A DNA stretch of 64,000 bases, taken from the NCBI RefSeq assembly GCF_009914755.1, contig NC_060937.1; one strand, given 5' to 3'. The position numbers and the translations under genes were made by a program. Position 1 is the stretch's first letter. Each line of letters begins with the position of its first letter. The notes beneath the pieces are model-generated. The model did no database searches. It was not told where the DNA came from and saw only the letters and a list, made by a program, of their open reading frames with translations. This DNA comes from the human T2T-CHM13v2.0 reference genome, Homo sapiens. This document shows, piece after piece, positions 38,301 through 53,100 of this stretch.

Positions 38301-41300
38301 GGTTCCACTCTGTTAGCTGAGTACACACATCACAAACTTGTTTCTCAGAATCCTTCTGTCTCGTTTTTATGGGAAGATATTTACTTTTTCACCGTAGGCA
38401 TCAAAGCGCTCCAAATGTCCACATCCAGATACTCCAGAAAGAGTGTTTCAAACCTGCTCTATGAAAGGGAATCTTCAACTCTATGAGTTGAATGCAGACA
38501 TCAGAAAGAAATTTCTGAGAATGCTGCTGTCTACCTTTTATTTGAACTCCCGCTTCCAACGAAATCCTCCAAGCTATCCAAATATCCACTTGCATTTTCC
38601 ACAAAAAGAGTGCTTCAAAACTGCTCTATCAATAAATGTTCAACTCCTTTAGCTGGGTGCACACATCACAAACAAGTTTCTGAGAATGCTTCTGTCTAGT
38701 TTTTATGGGAAGACATTCCCTTTTTCACCAAAGGCATCAAAGCGCTCCAAATGTCCACTTCCAGACACTACAAAAAGAGTGTTTCCAACGTGCTCTAAGA
38801 AAGCGAATGTTCAACTCTGTGACTTGAATGCAGATATCACAAAGTAGTTTCTGAGAGGGCTTCTGTCTAGATTTTAGATGATGATATTCCCGTTTCCAAC
38901 GAAATCATTAGAGCTATCCAAATATCCACTTACGGTTTCTACAAAAAGAGTGTTTCCAAACTGCTGCATCAAAAGAGAGGTTCCACTCTGTTAGCTGAGT
39001 ACACACATCACAAACTTGTTTCTGAGAATCCTTCTGTGTCGTTTTTATGGGAAGATATTTACTTTTTCACCGTAGGCATCAAAGCGCTCCAAATGTCCAC
39101 ATCCAGATACTCCAGAAAGAGTGTTTCAAACCTGCTCTATGAAAGGGAATCTTCAACTCTATGAGTTGAATGCAGACATCAGAAAGAAATTTCTGAGAAT
39201 GCTGCTGTCTACCTTTTATTTGAATTCCCGCTTCCAACGAAATCCTCCAAGCTATCCAAATATCCACTTGCAGATTCCACAAAAAGAGTGTTTCAAAACT
39301 GCTCTCTATCAATGGCAAAGTTCAACTCTGTTAGTTGAGGACACATATCACCAACAAGTTTCTGAGAATGCTTCTGTCTATTTTTTATGGGAAGATATTT
39401 CCTTTTTCACCGTAGGCATCAAGGCGATCGAAATGTCCACTTCCACAAACTACAAAAAGAGTGTTTCAAACCTGCTCTATGAAAGGCCATGTTCATCTCT
39501 ATGAGTCGAATGGAAATATCCGAAAGAAATTTCTGGGAATGCTGCTGTCTAGTTTTTATACGAATTCCCGCTTCCAACGAAATCCTCAAAGCAATCCAAA
39601 TATCCACTTGCAGAATCCACAAAAAGAGTGTTTCAAAACTGCTCTATCAATAGAAAGGTTCAACTCTTTTAGTTGAGTACACACATCACAAACAAGTTTC
39701 TGAGAATGCTTCTGTCTGGCTTTTATTGGAAGACGTTTCCTTTTCACCAAAGGCATCAAAGCGCTCCAAATGTCCACTTCCAGATTCTTCCAAAAGAGTG
39801 TTTGAAACGTGCTCAAAGTAAGGGAATGTTCAACTCTGTGACTTGAATGCAGATATCACCAAGTAGTTTCTAATAGTGCTTCTGTCTAGATTTTAGATGA
39901 TGATATTCCCGTTTCCAACGAAATCGTTAGAGCTATCCAAATATCCACTTACAGTTTCTACAAAAAGAGTGTTTCCAAACTGCTGCATCAAAAGAAAGGT
40001 TCAACTCTGTTAGTTGAGGACACACATCACAAAGAAGTTTGTGAGAATGCTTCTGTCTAGATTTTGTATGACCATATTCCCTTTTCCAGCGATATCGTTA
40101 AAGCAATCTAAATATCCATTTGCAGAATCCACAAAAATAGAGTTTCAAAGCTGCTCTGTAAAAAGAAAGGTTCCACTCTGTTAGCTGAGTACACACATCA
40201 CAAACTTGTTTCTCAGAATCCTTCTGTCTCGTTTTTATGGGAAGATATTTACTTTTTCACCGTAGGCATCAAAGCGCTCCAAATGTCCACATCCAGATAC
40301 TCCAGAAAGAGTGTTTCAAACCTGCTCTATGAAAGGGAATCTTCAACTCTATGATTTGAATGCAGACATCAGAAAGAAATTTCTGAGAATGCTGCTGTCT
40401 ACCTTTTATTTGAATTCCCGCTTCCAACGAAATCCTCCAAGCTATCCAAATATCCACTTGCAGATTCCACAAAAAGAGTGTTTCAAAACTGCTCTCTATC
40501 AATGGCAAAGTTCAACTCTGTTAGTTGAGGACACATATCACCAACAAGTTTCTGAGAATGCTTCTGTCTATTTTTTATGGGAAGATATTTCCTTTTTCAC
40601 CGTAGGCGTCAAGGCGATCGAAATGTCCACTTCCACAAACTACAAAAAGAGTGTTTCAAACCTGCTCTATGAAAGGCCATGTTCATCTCTATGAGTCGAA
40701 TGGAAATATCCGAAAGAAATTTCTGGGAATGCTGCTGTCTAGTTTTTATACGAATTCCCGCTTCCAACGAAATCCTCAAAGCAATCCAAATATCCACTTG
40801 CAGAATCCACAAAAAGAGTGTTTCAAAACTGCTCTATCAATAGAAAGGTTCAACTCTTTTAGTTGAGTACACACATCACAAACAAGTTTCTGAGAATGCT
40901 TCTGTCTGGCTTTTATTGGAAGACGTTTCCTTTTCACCAAAGGCATCAAAGCGCTCCAAATGTCCACTTCCAGATTCTTCCAAAAGAGTGTTTGAAACGT
41001 GCTCAAAGTAAGGGAATGTTCAACTCTGTGACTTGAATGCAGATATCACCAAGTAGTTTCTAATAGTGCTTCTGTCTAGATTTTAGATGATGATATTCCC
41101 GTTTCCAACGAAATCGTTAGAGCTATCCAAATATCCACTTACAGTTGCTACAAAAACAGTGTTTCCAAACTGCTGCATCAAAAGAAAGGTTCAACTCTGT
41201 TAGTTGAGGACACACGTCACAAAGAAGTTTGTGAGAATGCTTCTGTCTAGATTTTGTATGACGATATTCCCTTTTCCAACGATATCGTTAAAGCAATCTA

Positions 41301-44008
41301 AATATCCATTTGCAGAATCCACAAAAATAGAGTTTCAAAGCTGCTCTGTAAAAAGAAAGGTTCCACTCTGTTAGCTGAGTACACACATCACAAACTTGTT
41401 TCTCAGAATCCTTCTGTCTCGTTTTTATGGGAAGATATTTACTTTTTCACCGTAGGCATCAAAGCGCTCCAAATGTCCACATCCAGATACTCCAGAAAGA
41501 GTGTTTCAAACCTGCTCTATGAAAGGGAATCTTCAACTCTATGAGTTGAATGCAGACATCAGAAAGAAATTTCTGAGAATGCTGCTGTCTACCTTTTATT
41601 TGAATTCCCGCTTCCAACGAAATCCTCCAAGCTATCCAAATATCCACCTGCATTTTCCACAAAAAGAGCGTTTCAAAACTGCTCTATCAATAGAAATGTT
41701 CAACTCCTTTGGCTGGGTACACACATCACAAACAAGTTTCTGAGAATGCTTCTGTCTAGTTTTTATGGGAAGACATTCCCTTTTTCACCAAAGGCATCAA
41801 AGCGCTCCAAATGTCCACTTCCAGACACTACAAAAAGAGTGTTTCCAACGTGCTCTAAGAAAGCGAATGTTCAACTCTGTGACTTGAATGCAGATATCAC
41901 AAAGTAGTTTCTGAGAGGGCTTCTGTCTAGATTTTAGATGATGATATTCCCGTTTCCAACGAAATCATTAGAGCTATCCAAATATCCACTTACAGTTTCT
42001 ACAAAAAGAGTGTTTCCAAACTGCTGCATCAAAAGAGAGGTTCCACTCTGTTAGCTGAGTACACACATCACAAACTTGTTTCTCAGAATCCTTCTGTCTC
42101 GTTTTTCTGGGAAGATATTTACTTTTTCACCGTAGGCATCAAAGCGCTCCAAATGTCCACATCCAGATACTCCAGAAAGAGTGTTTCAAACCTGCTCTAT
42201 GAAAGGGAATCTTCAACTCTATGAGTTGAATGCAGACATCAGAAAGAAATTTCTGAGAATGCTGCTGTCTACCTTTTATTTGAATTCCCGCTTCCAACGA
42301 AATCCTCCAAGCTATCCAAATATCCACTTGCAGATTCCACAAAAAGAGTGTTTCAAAACTGCTCTCTATCAATGGCAAAGTTCAACTCTGTTAGTTGAGG
42401 ACACATATCACCAACAAGTTTCTGAGAATGCTTCTGTCTATTTTTTATGGGAAGATATTTCCTTTTTCACCGTAGGCGTCAAGGCGATCGAAATGTCCAC
42501 TTCCACAAACTACAAAAAGAGTGTTTCAAACCTGCTCTATGAAAGGCCATGTTCATCTCTATGAGTCGAATGGAAATATCCGAAAGAAATTTCTGGGAAT
42601 GCTGCTGTCTAGTTTTTATACGAATTCCCGCTTCCAACGAAATCCTCAAAGCAATCCAAATATCCACTTGCAGAATCCACAAAAAGAGTGTTTCAAAACT
42701 GCTCTATCAATAGAAAGGTTCAACTCTTTTAGTTGAGTACACACATCACAAACAAGTTTCTGAGAATGCTTCTGTCTGGCTTTTATTGGAAGACGTTTCC
42801 TTTTCACCAAAGGCATCAAAGCGCTCCAAATGTCCACTTCCAGATTCTTCCAAAAGAGTGTTTGAAACGTGCTCAAAGTAAGGGAATGTTCAACTCTGTG
42901 ACTTGAATGCAGATATCACCAAGTAGTTTCTAATAGTGCTTCTGTCTAGATTTTAGATGATGATATTCCCGTTTCCAACGAAATCGTTAGAGCTATCCAA
43001 ATATCCACTTACAGTTTCTACAAAAAGAGTGTTTCCAAACTGCTGCATCAAAAGAAAGGTTCAACTCTGTTAGTTGAGGACACACATCACAAAGAAGTTT
43101 GTGAGAATGCTTCTGTCTAGATTTTGTATGACCATATTCCCTTTTCCAGCGATATCATTAAAGCAATCTAAATATCCATTTGCAGAATCCACAAAAATAG
43201 AGTTTCAAAGCTGCTCTGTAAAAAGAAAGGTTCCACTCTGTTAGCTGAGTACACACATCACAAACTTGTTTCTCAGAATCCTTCTGTCTCGTTTTTATGG
43301 GAAGATATTTACTTTTTCACCGTAGGCATCAAAGCGCTCCAAATGTCCACATCCAGATACTCCAGAAAGAGTGTTTCAAACCTGCTCTATGAAAGGGAAT
43401 CTTCAACTCTATGAGTTGAATGCAGACATCAGAAAGAAATTTCTGAGAATGCTGCTGTCTACCTTTTATTTGAATTCCCGCTTCCAACGAAATCCTCCAA
43501 GCTATCCAAATATCCACCTGCATTTTCCACAAAAAGAGCGTTTCAAAACTGCTCTATCAATAGAAATGTTCAACTCCTTTGGCTGGGTACACACATCACA
43601 AACAAGTTTCTGAGAATGCTTCTGTCTAGTTTTTATGGGAAGACATTCCCTTTTTCACCAAAGGCATCAAAGCGCTCCAAATGTCCACTTCCAGACACTA
43701 CAAAAAGAGTGTTTCCAACGTGCTCTAAGAAAGCGAATGTTCAACTCTGTGACTTGAATGCAGATATCACAAAGTAGTTTCTGAGAGGGCTTCTGTCTAG
43801 ATTTTAGATGATGATATTCCCGTTTCCAACGAAATCATTAGAGCTATCCAAATATCCACTTACAGTTTCTACAAAAAGAGTGTTTCCAAACTGCTGCATC
43901 AAAAGAGAGGTTCCACTCTGTTAGCTGAGTACACACATCACAAACTTGTTTCTCAGAATCCTTCTGTCTCGTTTTTCTGGGAAGATATTTACTTTTTCAC
44001 CGTAGGCA

Positions 44009-47000
44009 TCAAAGCGCTCCAAATGTCCACATCCAGATACTCCAGAAAGAGTGTTTCAAACCTGCTCTATGAAAGGGAATCTTCAACTCTATGAGTTGAA
44101 TGCAGACATCAGAAAGAAATTTCTGAGAATGCTGCTGTCTACCTTTTATTTGAATTCCCGCTTCCAACGAAATCCTCCAAGCTATCCAAATATCCACTTG
44201 CAGATTCCACAAAAAGAGTGTTTCAAAACTGCTCTCTATCAATGGCAAAGTTCAACTCTGTTAGTTGAGGACACATATCACCAACAAGTTTCTGAGAATG
44301 CTTCTGTCTATTTTTTATGGGAAGATATTTCCTTTTTCACCGTAGGCGTCAAGGCGATCGAAATGTCCACTTCCACAAACTACAAAAAGAGTGTTTCAAA
44401 CCTGCTCTATGAAAGGCCATGTTCATCTCTATGAGTCGAATGGAAATATCCGAAAGAAATTTCTGGGAATGCTGCTGTCTAGTTTTTATACGAATTCCCG
44501 CTTCCAACGAAATCCTCAAAGCAATCCAAATATCCACTTGCAGAATCCACAAAAAGAGTGTTTCAAAACTGCTCTATCAATAGAAAGGTTCAACTCTTTT
44601 AGTTGAGTACACACATCACAAACAAGTTTCTGAGAATGCTTCTGTCTGGCTTTTATTGGAAGACGTTTCCTTTTCACCAAAGGCATCAAAGCGCTCCAAA
44701 TGTCCACTTCCAGATTCTTCCAAAAGAGTGTTTGAAACGTGCTCAAAGTAAGGGAATGTTCAACTCTGTGACTTGAATGCAGATATCACCAAGTAGTTTC
44801 TAATAGTGCTTCTGTCTAGATTTTAGATGATGATATTCCCGTTTCCAACGAAATCGTTAGAGCTATCCAAATATCCACTTACAGTTGCTACAAAAACAGT
44901 GTTTCCAAACTGCTGCATCAAAAGAAAGGTTCAACTCTGTTAGTTGAGGACACACGTCACAAAGAAGTTTGTGAGAATGCTTCTGTCTAGATTTTGTATG
45001 ACGATATTCCCTTTTCCAACGATATCATTAAAGCAATCTAAATATCCATTTGCAGAATCCACAAAAATAGAGTTTCAAAGCTGCTCTGTAAAAAGAAAGG
45101 TTCCACTCTGTTAGCTGAGTACACACATCACAAACTTGTTTCTCAGAATCCTTCTGTCTCGTTTTTCTGGGAAGATATTTACTTTTTCACCGTAGGCATC
45201 AAAGCGCTCCAAATGTCCACATCCAGATACTCCAGAAAGAGTGTTTCAAACCTGCTCTATGAAAGGGAATCTTCAACTCTATGAGTTGAATGCAGACATC
45301 AGAAAGAAATTTCTGAGAATGCTGCTGTCTACCTTTTATTTGAATTCCCGCTTCCAACGAAATCCTCCAAGCTATCCAAATATCCACTTGCAGATTCCAC
45401 AAAAAGAGTGTTTCAAAACTGCTCTCTATCAATGGCAAAGTTCAACTCTGTTAGTTGAGGACACATATCACCAACAAGTTTCTGAGAATGCTTCTGTCTA
45501 TTTTTTATGGGAAGATATTTCCTTTTTCACCGTAGGCGTCAAGGCGATCGAAATGTCCACTTCCACAAACTACAAAAAGAGTGTTTCAAACCTGCTCTAT
45601 GAAAGGCCATGTTCATCTCTATGAGTCGAATGGAAATATCCGAAAGAAATTTCTGGGAATGCTGCTGTCTAGTTTTTATACGAATTCCCGCTTCCAACGA
45701 AATCCTCAAAGCAATCCAAATATCCACTTGCAGAATCCACAAAAAGAGTGTTTCAAAACTGCTCTATCAATAGAAAGGTTCAACTCTTTTAGTTGAGTAC
45801 ACACATCACAAACAAGTTTCTGAGAATGCTTCTGTCTGGCTTTTATTGGAAGACGTTTCCTTTTCACCAAAGGCATCAAAGCGCTCCAAATGTCCACTTC
45901 CAGATTCTTCCAAAAGAGTGTTTGAAACGTGCTCAAAGTAAGGGAATGTTCAACTCTGTGACTTGAATGCAGATATCACCAAGTAGTTTCTAATAGTGCT
46001 TCTGTCTAGATTTTAGATGACGATATTCCCGTTTCCAACGAAATCGTTAGAGCTATCCAAATATCCACTTACAGTTGCTACAAAAACAGTGTTTCCAAAC
46101 TGCTGCATCAAAAGAAAGGTTCAACTCTGTTAGTTGAGGACACACGTCACAAAGAAGTTTGTGAGAATGCTTCTGTCTAGATTTTGTATGACGATATTCC
46201 CTTTTCCAACGATATCGTTAAAGCAATCTAAATATCCATTTGCAGAATCCACAAAAATAGAGTTTCAAAGCTGCTCTGTAAAAAGAAAGGTTCCACTCTG
46301 TTAGCTGAGTACACACATCACAAACTTGTTTCTCAGAATCCTTCTGTCTCGTTTTTCTGGGAAGATATTTACTTTTTCACCGTAGGCATCAAAGCGCTCC
46401 AAATGTCCACATCCAGATACTCCAGAAAGAGTGTTTCAAACCTGCTCTATGAAAGGGAATCTTCAACTCTATGAGTTGAATGCAGACATCAGAAAGAAAT
46501 TTCTGAGAATGCTGCTGTCTACCTTTTATTTGAATTCCCGCTTCCAACGAAATCCTCCAAGCTATCCAAATATCCACTTGCAGATTCCACAAAAAGAGTG
46601 TTTCAAAACTGCTCTCTATCAATGGCAAAGTTCAACTCTGTTAGTTGAGGACACATATCACCAACAAGTTTCTGAGAATGCTTCTGTCTATTTTTTATGG
46701 GAAGATATTTCCTTTTTCACCGTAGGCGTCAAGGCGATCGAAATGTCCACTTCCACAAACTACAAAAAGAGTGTTTCAAACCTGCTCTATGAAAGGCCAT
46801 GTTCATCTCTATGAGTCGAATGGAAATATCCGAAAGAAATTTCTGGGAATGCTGCTGTCTAGTTTTTATACGAATTCCCGCTTCCAACGAAATCCTCAAA
46901 GCAATCCAAATATCCACTTGCAGAATCCACAAAAAGAGTGTTTCAAAACTGCTCTATCAATAGAAAGGTTCAACTCTTTTAGTTGAGTACACACATCACA

Positions 47001-47578
47001 AACAAGTTTCTGAGAATGCTTCTGTCTGGCTTTTATTGGAAGACGTTTCCTTTTCACCAAAGGCATCAAAGCGCTCCAAATGTCCACTTCCAGATTCTTC
47101 CAAAAGAGTGTTTGAAACGTGCTCAAAGTAAGGGAATGTTCAACTCTGTGACTTGAATGCAGATATCACCAAGTAGTTTCTAATAGTGCTTCTGTCTAGA
47201 TTTTAGATGATGATATTCCCGTTTCCAACGAAATCGTTAGAGCTATCCAAATATCCACTTACAGTTTCTACAAAAAGAGTGTTTCCAAACTGCTGCATCA
47301 AAAGAAAGGTTCAACTCTGTTAGTTGAGGACACACATCACAAAGAAGTTTGTGAGAATGCTTCTGTCTAGATTTTGTATGACCATATTCCCTTTTCCAGC
47401 GATATCATTAAAGCAATCTAAATATCCATTTGCAGAATCCACAAAAATAGAGTTTCAAAGCTGCTCTGTAAAAAGAAAGGTTCCACTCTGTTAGCTGAGT
47501 ACACACATCACAAACTTGTTTCTCAGAATCCTTCTGTCTCGTTTTTCTGGGAAGATATTTACTTTTTCACCGTAGGCA
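44009..47578 (-). repeat. Run of three 7-mer modules
   Basis: Module starts at 44009, 45199 and 46389. Confidence 0.93.
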
Positions 47579-50128
47579 TCAAAGCGCTCCAAATGTCCAC
47601 ATCCAGATACTCCAGAAAGAGTGTTTCAAACCTGCTCTATGAAAGGGAATCTTCAACTCTATGAGTTGAATGCAGACATCAGAAAGAAATTTCTGAGAAT
47701 GCTGCTGTCTACCTTTTATTTGAATTCCCGCTTCCAACGAAATCCTCCAAGCTATCCAAATATCCACCTGCATTTTCCACAAAAAGAGCGTTTCAAAACT
47801 GCTCTATCAATAGAAATGTTCAACTCCTTTGGCTGGGTACACACATCACAAACAAGTTTCTGAGAATGCTTCTGTCTAGTTTTTATGGGAAGACATTCCC
47901 TTTTTCACCAAAGGCATCAAAGCGCTCCAAATGTCCACTTCCAGACACTACAAAAAGAGTGTTTCCAACGTGCTCTAAGAAAGCGAATGTTCAACTCTGT
48001 GACTTGAATGCAGATATCACAAAGTAGTTTCTGAGAGGGCTTCTGTCTAGATTTTAGATGATGATATTCCCGTTTCCAACGAAATCATTAGAGCTATCCA
48101 AATATCCACTTACAGTTTCTACAAAAAGAGTGTTTCCAAACTGCTGCATCAAAAGAGAGGTTCCACTCTGTTAGCTGAGTACACACATCACAAACTTGTT
48201 TCTCAGAATCCTTCTGTCTCGTTTTTCTGGGAAGATATTTACTTTTTCACCGTAGGCATCAAAGCGCTCCAAATGTCCACATCCAGATACTCCAGAAAGA
48301 GTGTTTCAAACCTGCTCTATGAAAGGGAATCTTCAACTCTATGAGTTGAATGCAGACATCAGAAAGAAATTTCTGAGAATGCTGCTGTCTACCTTTTATT
48401 TGAATTCCCGCTTCCAACGAAATCCTCCAAGCTATCCAAATATCCACTTGCAGATTCCACAAAAAGAGTGTTTCAAAACTGCTCTCTATCAATGGCAAAG
48501 TTCAACTCTGTTAGTTGAGGACACATATCACCAACAAGTTTCTGAGAATGCTTCTGTCTATTTTTTATGGGAAGATATTTCCTTTTTCACCGTAGGCGTC
48601 AAGGCGATCGAAATGTCCACTTCCACAAACTACAAAAAGAGTGTTTCAAACCTGCTCTATGAAAGGCCATGTTCATCTCTATGAGTCGAATGGAAATATC
48701 CGAAAGAAATTTCTGGGAATGCTGCTGTCTAGTTTTTATACGAATTCCCGCTTCCAACGAAATCCTCAAAGCAATCCAAATATCCACTTGCAGAATCCAC
48801 AAAAAGAGTGTTTCAAAACTGCTCTATCAATAGAAAGGTTCAACTCTTTTAGTTGAGTACACACATCACAAACAAGTTTCTGAGAATGCTTCTGTCTGGC
48901 TTTTATTGGAAGACGTTTCCTTTTCACCAAAGGCATCAAAGCGCTCCAAATGTCCACTTCCAGATTCTTCCAAAAGAGTGTTTGAAACGTGCTCAAAGTA
49001 AGGGAATGTTCAACTCTGTGACTTGAATGCAGATATCACCAAGTAGTTTCTAATAGTGCTTCTGTCTAGATTTTAGATGATGATATTCCCGTTTCCAACG
49101 AAATCGTTAGAGCTATCCAAATATCCACTTACAGTTTCTACAAAAAGAGTGTTTCCAAACTGCTGCATCAAAAGAAAGGTTCAACTCTGTTAGTTGAGGA
49201 CACACATCACAAAGAAGTTTGTGAGAATGCTTCTGTCTAGATTTTGTATGACCATATTCCCTTTTCCAGCGATATCATTAAAGCAATCTAAATATCCATT
49301 TGCAGAATCCACAAAAATAGAGTTTCAAAGCTGCTCTGTAAAAAGAAAGGTTCCACTCTGTTAGCTGAGTACACACATCACAAACTTGTTTCTCAGAATC
49401 CTTCTGTCTCGTTTTTATGGGAAGATATTTACTTTTTCACCGTAGGCATCAAAGCGCTCCAAATGTCCACATCCAGATACTCCAGAAAGAGTGTTTCAAA
49501 CCTGCTCTATGAAAGGGAATCTTCAACTCTATGAGTTGAATGCAGACATCAGAAAGAAATTTCTGAGAATGCTGCTGTCTACCTTTTATTTGAATTCCCG
49601 CTTCCAACGAAATCCTCCAAGCTATCCAAATATCCACCTGCATTTTCCACAAAAAGAGCGTTTCAAAACTGCTCTATCAATAGAAATGTTCAACTCCTTT
49701 GGCTGGGTACACACATCACAAACAAGTTTCTGAGAATGCTTCTGTCTAGTTTTTATGGGAAGACATTCCCTTTTTCACCAAAGGCATCAAAGCGCTCCAA
49801 ATGTCCACTTCCAGACACTACAAAAAGAGTGTTTCCAACGTGCTCTAAGAAAGCGAATGTTCAACTCTGTGACTTGAATGCAGATATCACAAAGTAGTTT
49901 CTGAGAGGGCTTCTGTCTAGATTTTAGATGATGATATTCCCGTTTCCAACGAAATCATTAGAGCTATCCAAATATCCACTTACAGTTTCTACAAAAAGAG
50001 TGTTTCCAAACTGCTGCATCAAAAGAGAGGTTCCACTCTGTTAGCTGAGTACACACATCACAAACTTGTTTCTCAGAATCCTTCTGTCTCGTTTTTCTGG
50101 GAAGATATTTACTTTTTCACCGTAGGCA

Positions 50129-53100
50129 TCAAAGCGCTCCAAATGTCCACATCCAGATACTCCAGAAAGAGTGTTTCAAACCTGCTCTATGAAAGGGAAT
50201 CTTCAACTCTATGAGTTGAATGCAGACATCAGAAAGAAATTTCTGAGAATGCTGCTGTCTACCTTTTATTTGAATTCCCGCTTCCAACGAAATCCTCCAA
50301 GCTATCCAAATATCCACTTGCAGATTCCACAAAAAGAGTGTTTCAAAACTGCTCTCTATCAATGGCAAAGTTCAACTCTGTTAGTTGAGGACACATATCA
50401 CCAACAAGTTTCTGAGAATGCTTCTGTCTATTTTTTATGGGAAGATATTTCCTTTTTCACCGTAGGCGTCAAGGCGATCGAAATGTCCACTTCCACAAAC
50501 TACAAAAAGAGTGTTTCAAACCTGCTCTATGAAAGGCCATGTTCATCTCTATGAGTCGAATGGAAATATCCGAAAGAAATTTCTGGGAATGCTGCTGTCT
50601 AGTTTTTATACGAATTCCCGCTTCCAACGAAATCCTCAAAGCAATCCAAATATCCACTTGCAGAATCCACAAAAAGAGTGTTTCAAAACTGCTCTATCAA
50701 TAGAAAGGTTCAACTCTTTTAGTTGAGTACACACATCACAAACAAGTTTCTGAGAATGCTTCTGTCTGGCTTTTATTGGAAGACGTTTCCTTTTCACCAA
50801 AGGCATCAAAGCGCTCCAAATGTCCACTTCCAGATTCTTCCAAAAGAGTGTTTGAAACGTGCTCAAAGTAAGGGAATGTTCAACTCTGTGACTTGAATGC
50901 AGATATCACCAAGTAGTTTCTAATAGTGCTTCTGTCTAGATTTTAGATGATGATATTCCCGTTTCCAACGAAATCGTTAGAGCTATCCAAATATCCACTT
51001 ACAGTTGCTACAAAAACAGTGTTTCCAAACTGCTGCATCAAAAGAAAGGTTCAACTCTGTTAGTTGAGGACACACGTCACAAAGAAGTTTGTGAGAATGC
51101 TTCTGTCTAGATTTTGTATGACGATATTCCCTTTTCCAACGATATCATTAAAGCAATCTAAATATCCATTTGCAGAATCCACAAAAATAGAGTTTCAAAG
51201 CTGCTCTGTAAAAAGAAAGGTTCCACTCTGTTAGCTGAGTACACACATCACAAACTTGTTTCTCAGAATCCTTCTGTCTCGTTTTTCTGGGAAGATATTT
51301 ACTTTTTCACCGTAGGCATCAAAGCGCTCCAAATGTCCACATCCAGATACTCCAGAAAGAGTGTTTCAAACCTGCTCTATGAAAGGGAATCTTCAACTCT
51401 ATGAGTTGAATGCAGACATCAGAAAGAAATTTCTGAGAATGCTGCTGTCTACCTTTTATTTGAATTCCCGCTTCCAACGAAATCCTCCAAGCTATCCAAA
51501 TATCCACTTGCAGATTCCACAAAAAGAGTGTTTCAAAACTGCTCTCTATCAATGGCAAAGTTCAACTCTGTTAGTTGAGGACACATATCACCAACAAGTT
51601 TCTGAGAATGCTTCTGTCTATTTTTTATGGGAAGATATTTCCTTTTTCACCGTAGGCGTCAAGGCGATCGAAATGTCCACTTCCACAAACTACAAAAAGA
51701 GTGTTTCAAACCTGCTCTATGAAAGGCCATGTTCATCTCTATGAGTCGAATGGAAATATCCGAAAGAAATTTCTGGGAATGCTGCTGTCTAGTTTTTATA
51801 CGAATTCCCGCTTCCAACGAAATCCTCAAAGCAATCCAAATATCCACTTGCAGAATCCACAAAAAGAGTGTTTCAAAACTGCTCTATCAATAGAAAGGTT
51901 CAACTCTTTTAGTTGAGTACACACATCACAAACAAGTTTCTGAGAATGCTTCTGTCTGGCTTTTATTGGAAGACGTTTCCTTTTCACCAAAGGCATCAAA
52001 GCGCTCCAAATGTCCACTTCCAGATTCTTCCAAAAGAGTGTTTGAAACGTGCTCAAAGTAAGGGAATGTTCAACTCTGTGACTTGAATGCAGATATCACC
52101 AAGTAGTTTCTAATAGTGCTTCTGTCTAGATTTTAGATGATGATATTCCCGTTTCCAACGAAATCGTTAGAGCTATCCAAATATCCACTTACAGTTGCTA
52201 CAAAAACAGTGTTTCCAAACTGCTGCATCAAAAGAAAGGTTCAACTCTGTTAGTTGAGGACACACGTCACAAAGAAGTTTGTGAGAATGCTTCTGTCTAG
52301 ATTTTGTATGACGATATTCCCTTTTCCAACGATATCATTAAAGCAATCTAAATATCCATTTGCAGAATCCACAAAAATAGAGTTTCAAAGCTGCTCTGTA
52401 AAAAGAAAGGTTCCACTCTGTTAGCTGAGTACACACATCACAAACTTGTTTCTCAGAATCCTTCTGTCTCGTTTTTCTGGGAAGATATTTACTTTTTCAC
52501 CGTAGGCATCAAAGCGCTCCAAATGTCCACATCCAGATACTCCAGAAAGAGTGTTTCAAACCTGCTCTATGAAAGGGAATCTTCAACTCTATGAGTTGAA
52601 TGCAGACATCAGAAAGAAATTTCTGAGAATGCTGCTGTCTACCTTTTATTTGAATTCCCGCTTCCAACGAAATCCTCCAAGCTATCCAAATATCCACTTG
52701 CAGATTCCACAAAAAGAGTGTTTCAAAACTGCTCTCTATCAATGGCAAAGTTCAACTCTGTTAGTTGAGGACACATATCACCAACAAGTTTCTGAGAATG
52801 CTTCTGTCTATTTTTTATGGGAAGATATTTCCTTTTTCACCGTAGGCGTCAAGGCGATCGAAATGTCCACTTCCACAAACTACAAAAAGAGTGTTTCAAA
52901 CCTGCTCTATGAAAGGCCATGTTCATCTCTATGAGTCGAATGGAAATATCCGAAAGAAATTTCTGGGAATGCTGCTGTCTAGTTTTTATACGAATTCCCG
53001 CTTCCAACGAAATCCTCAAAGCAATCCAAATATCCACTTGCAGAATCCACAAAAAGAGTGTTTCAAAACTGCTCTATCAATAGAAAGGTTCAACTCTTTT

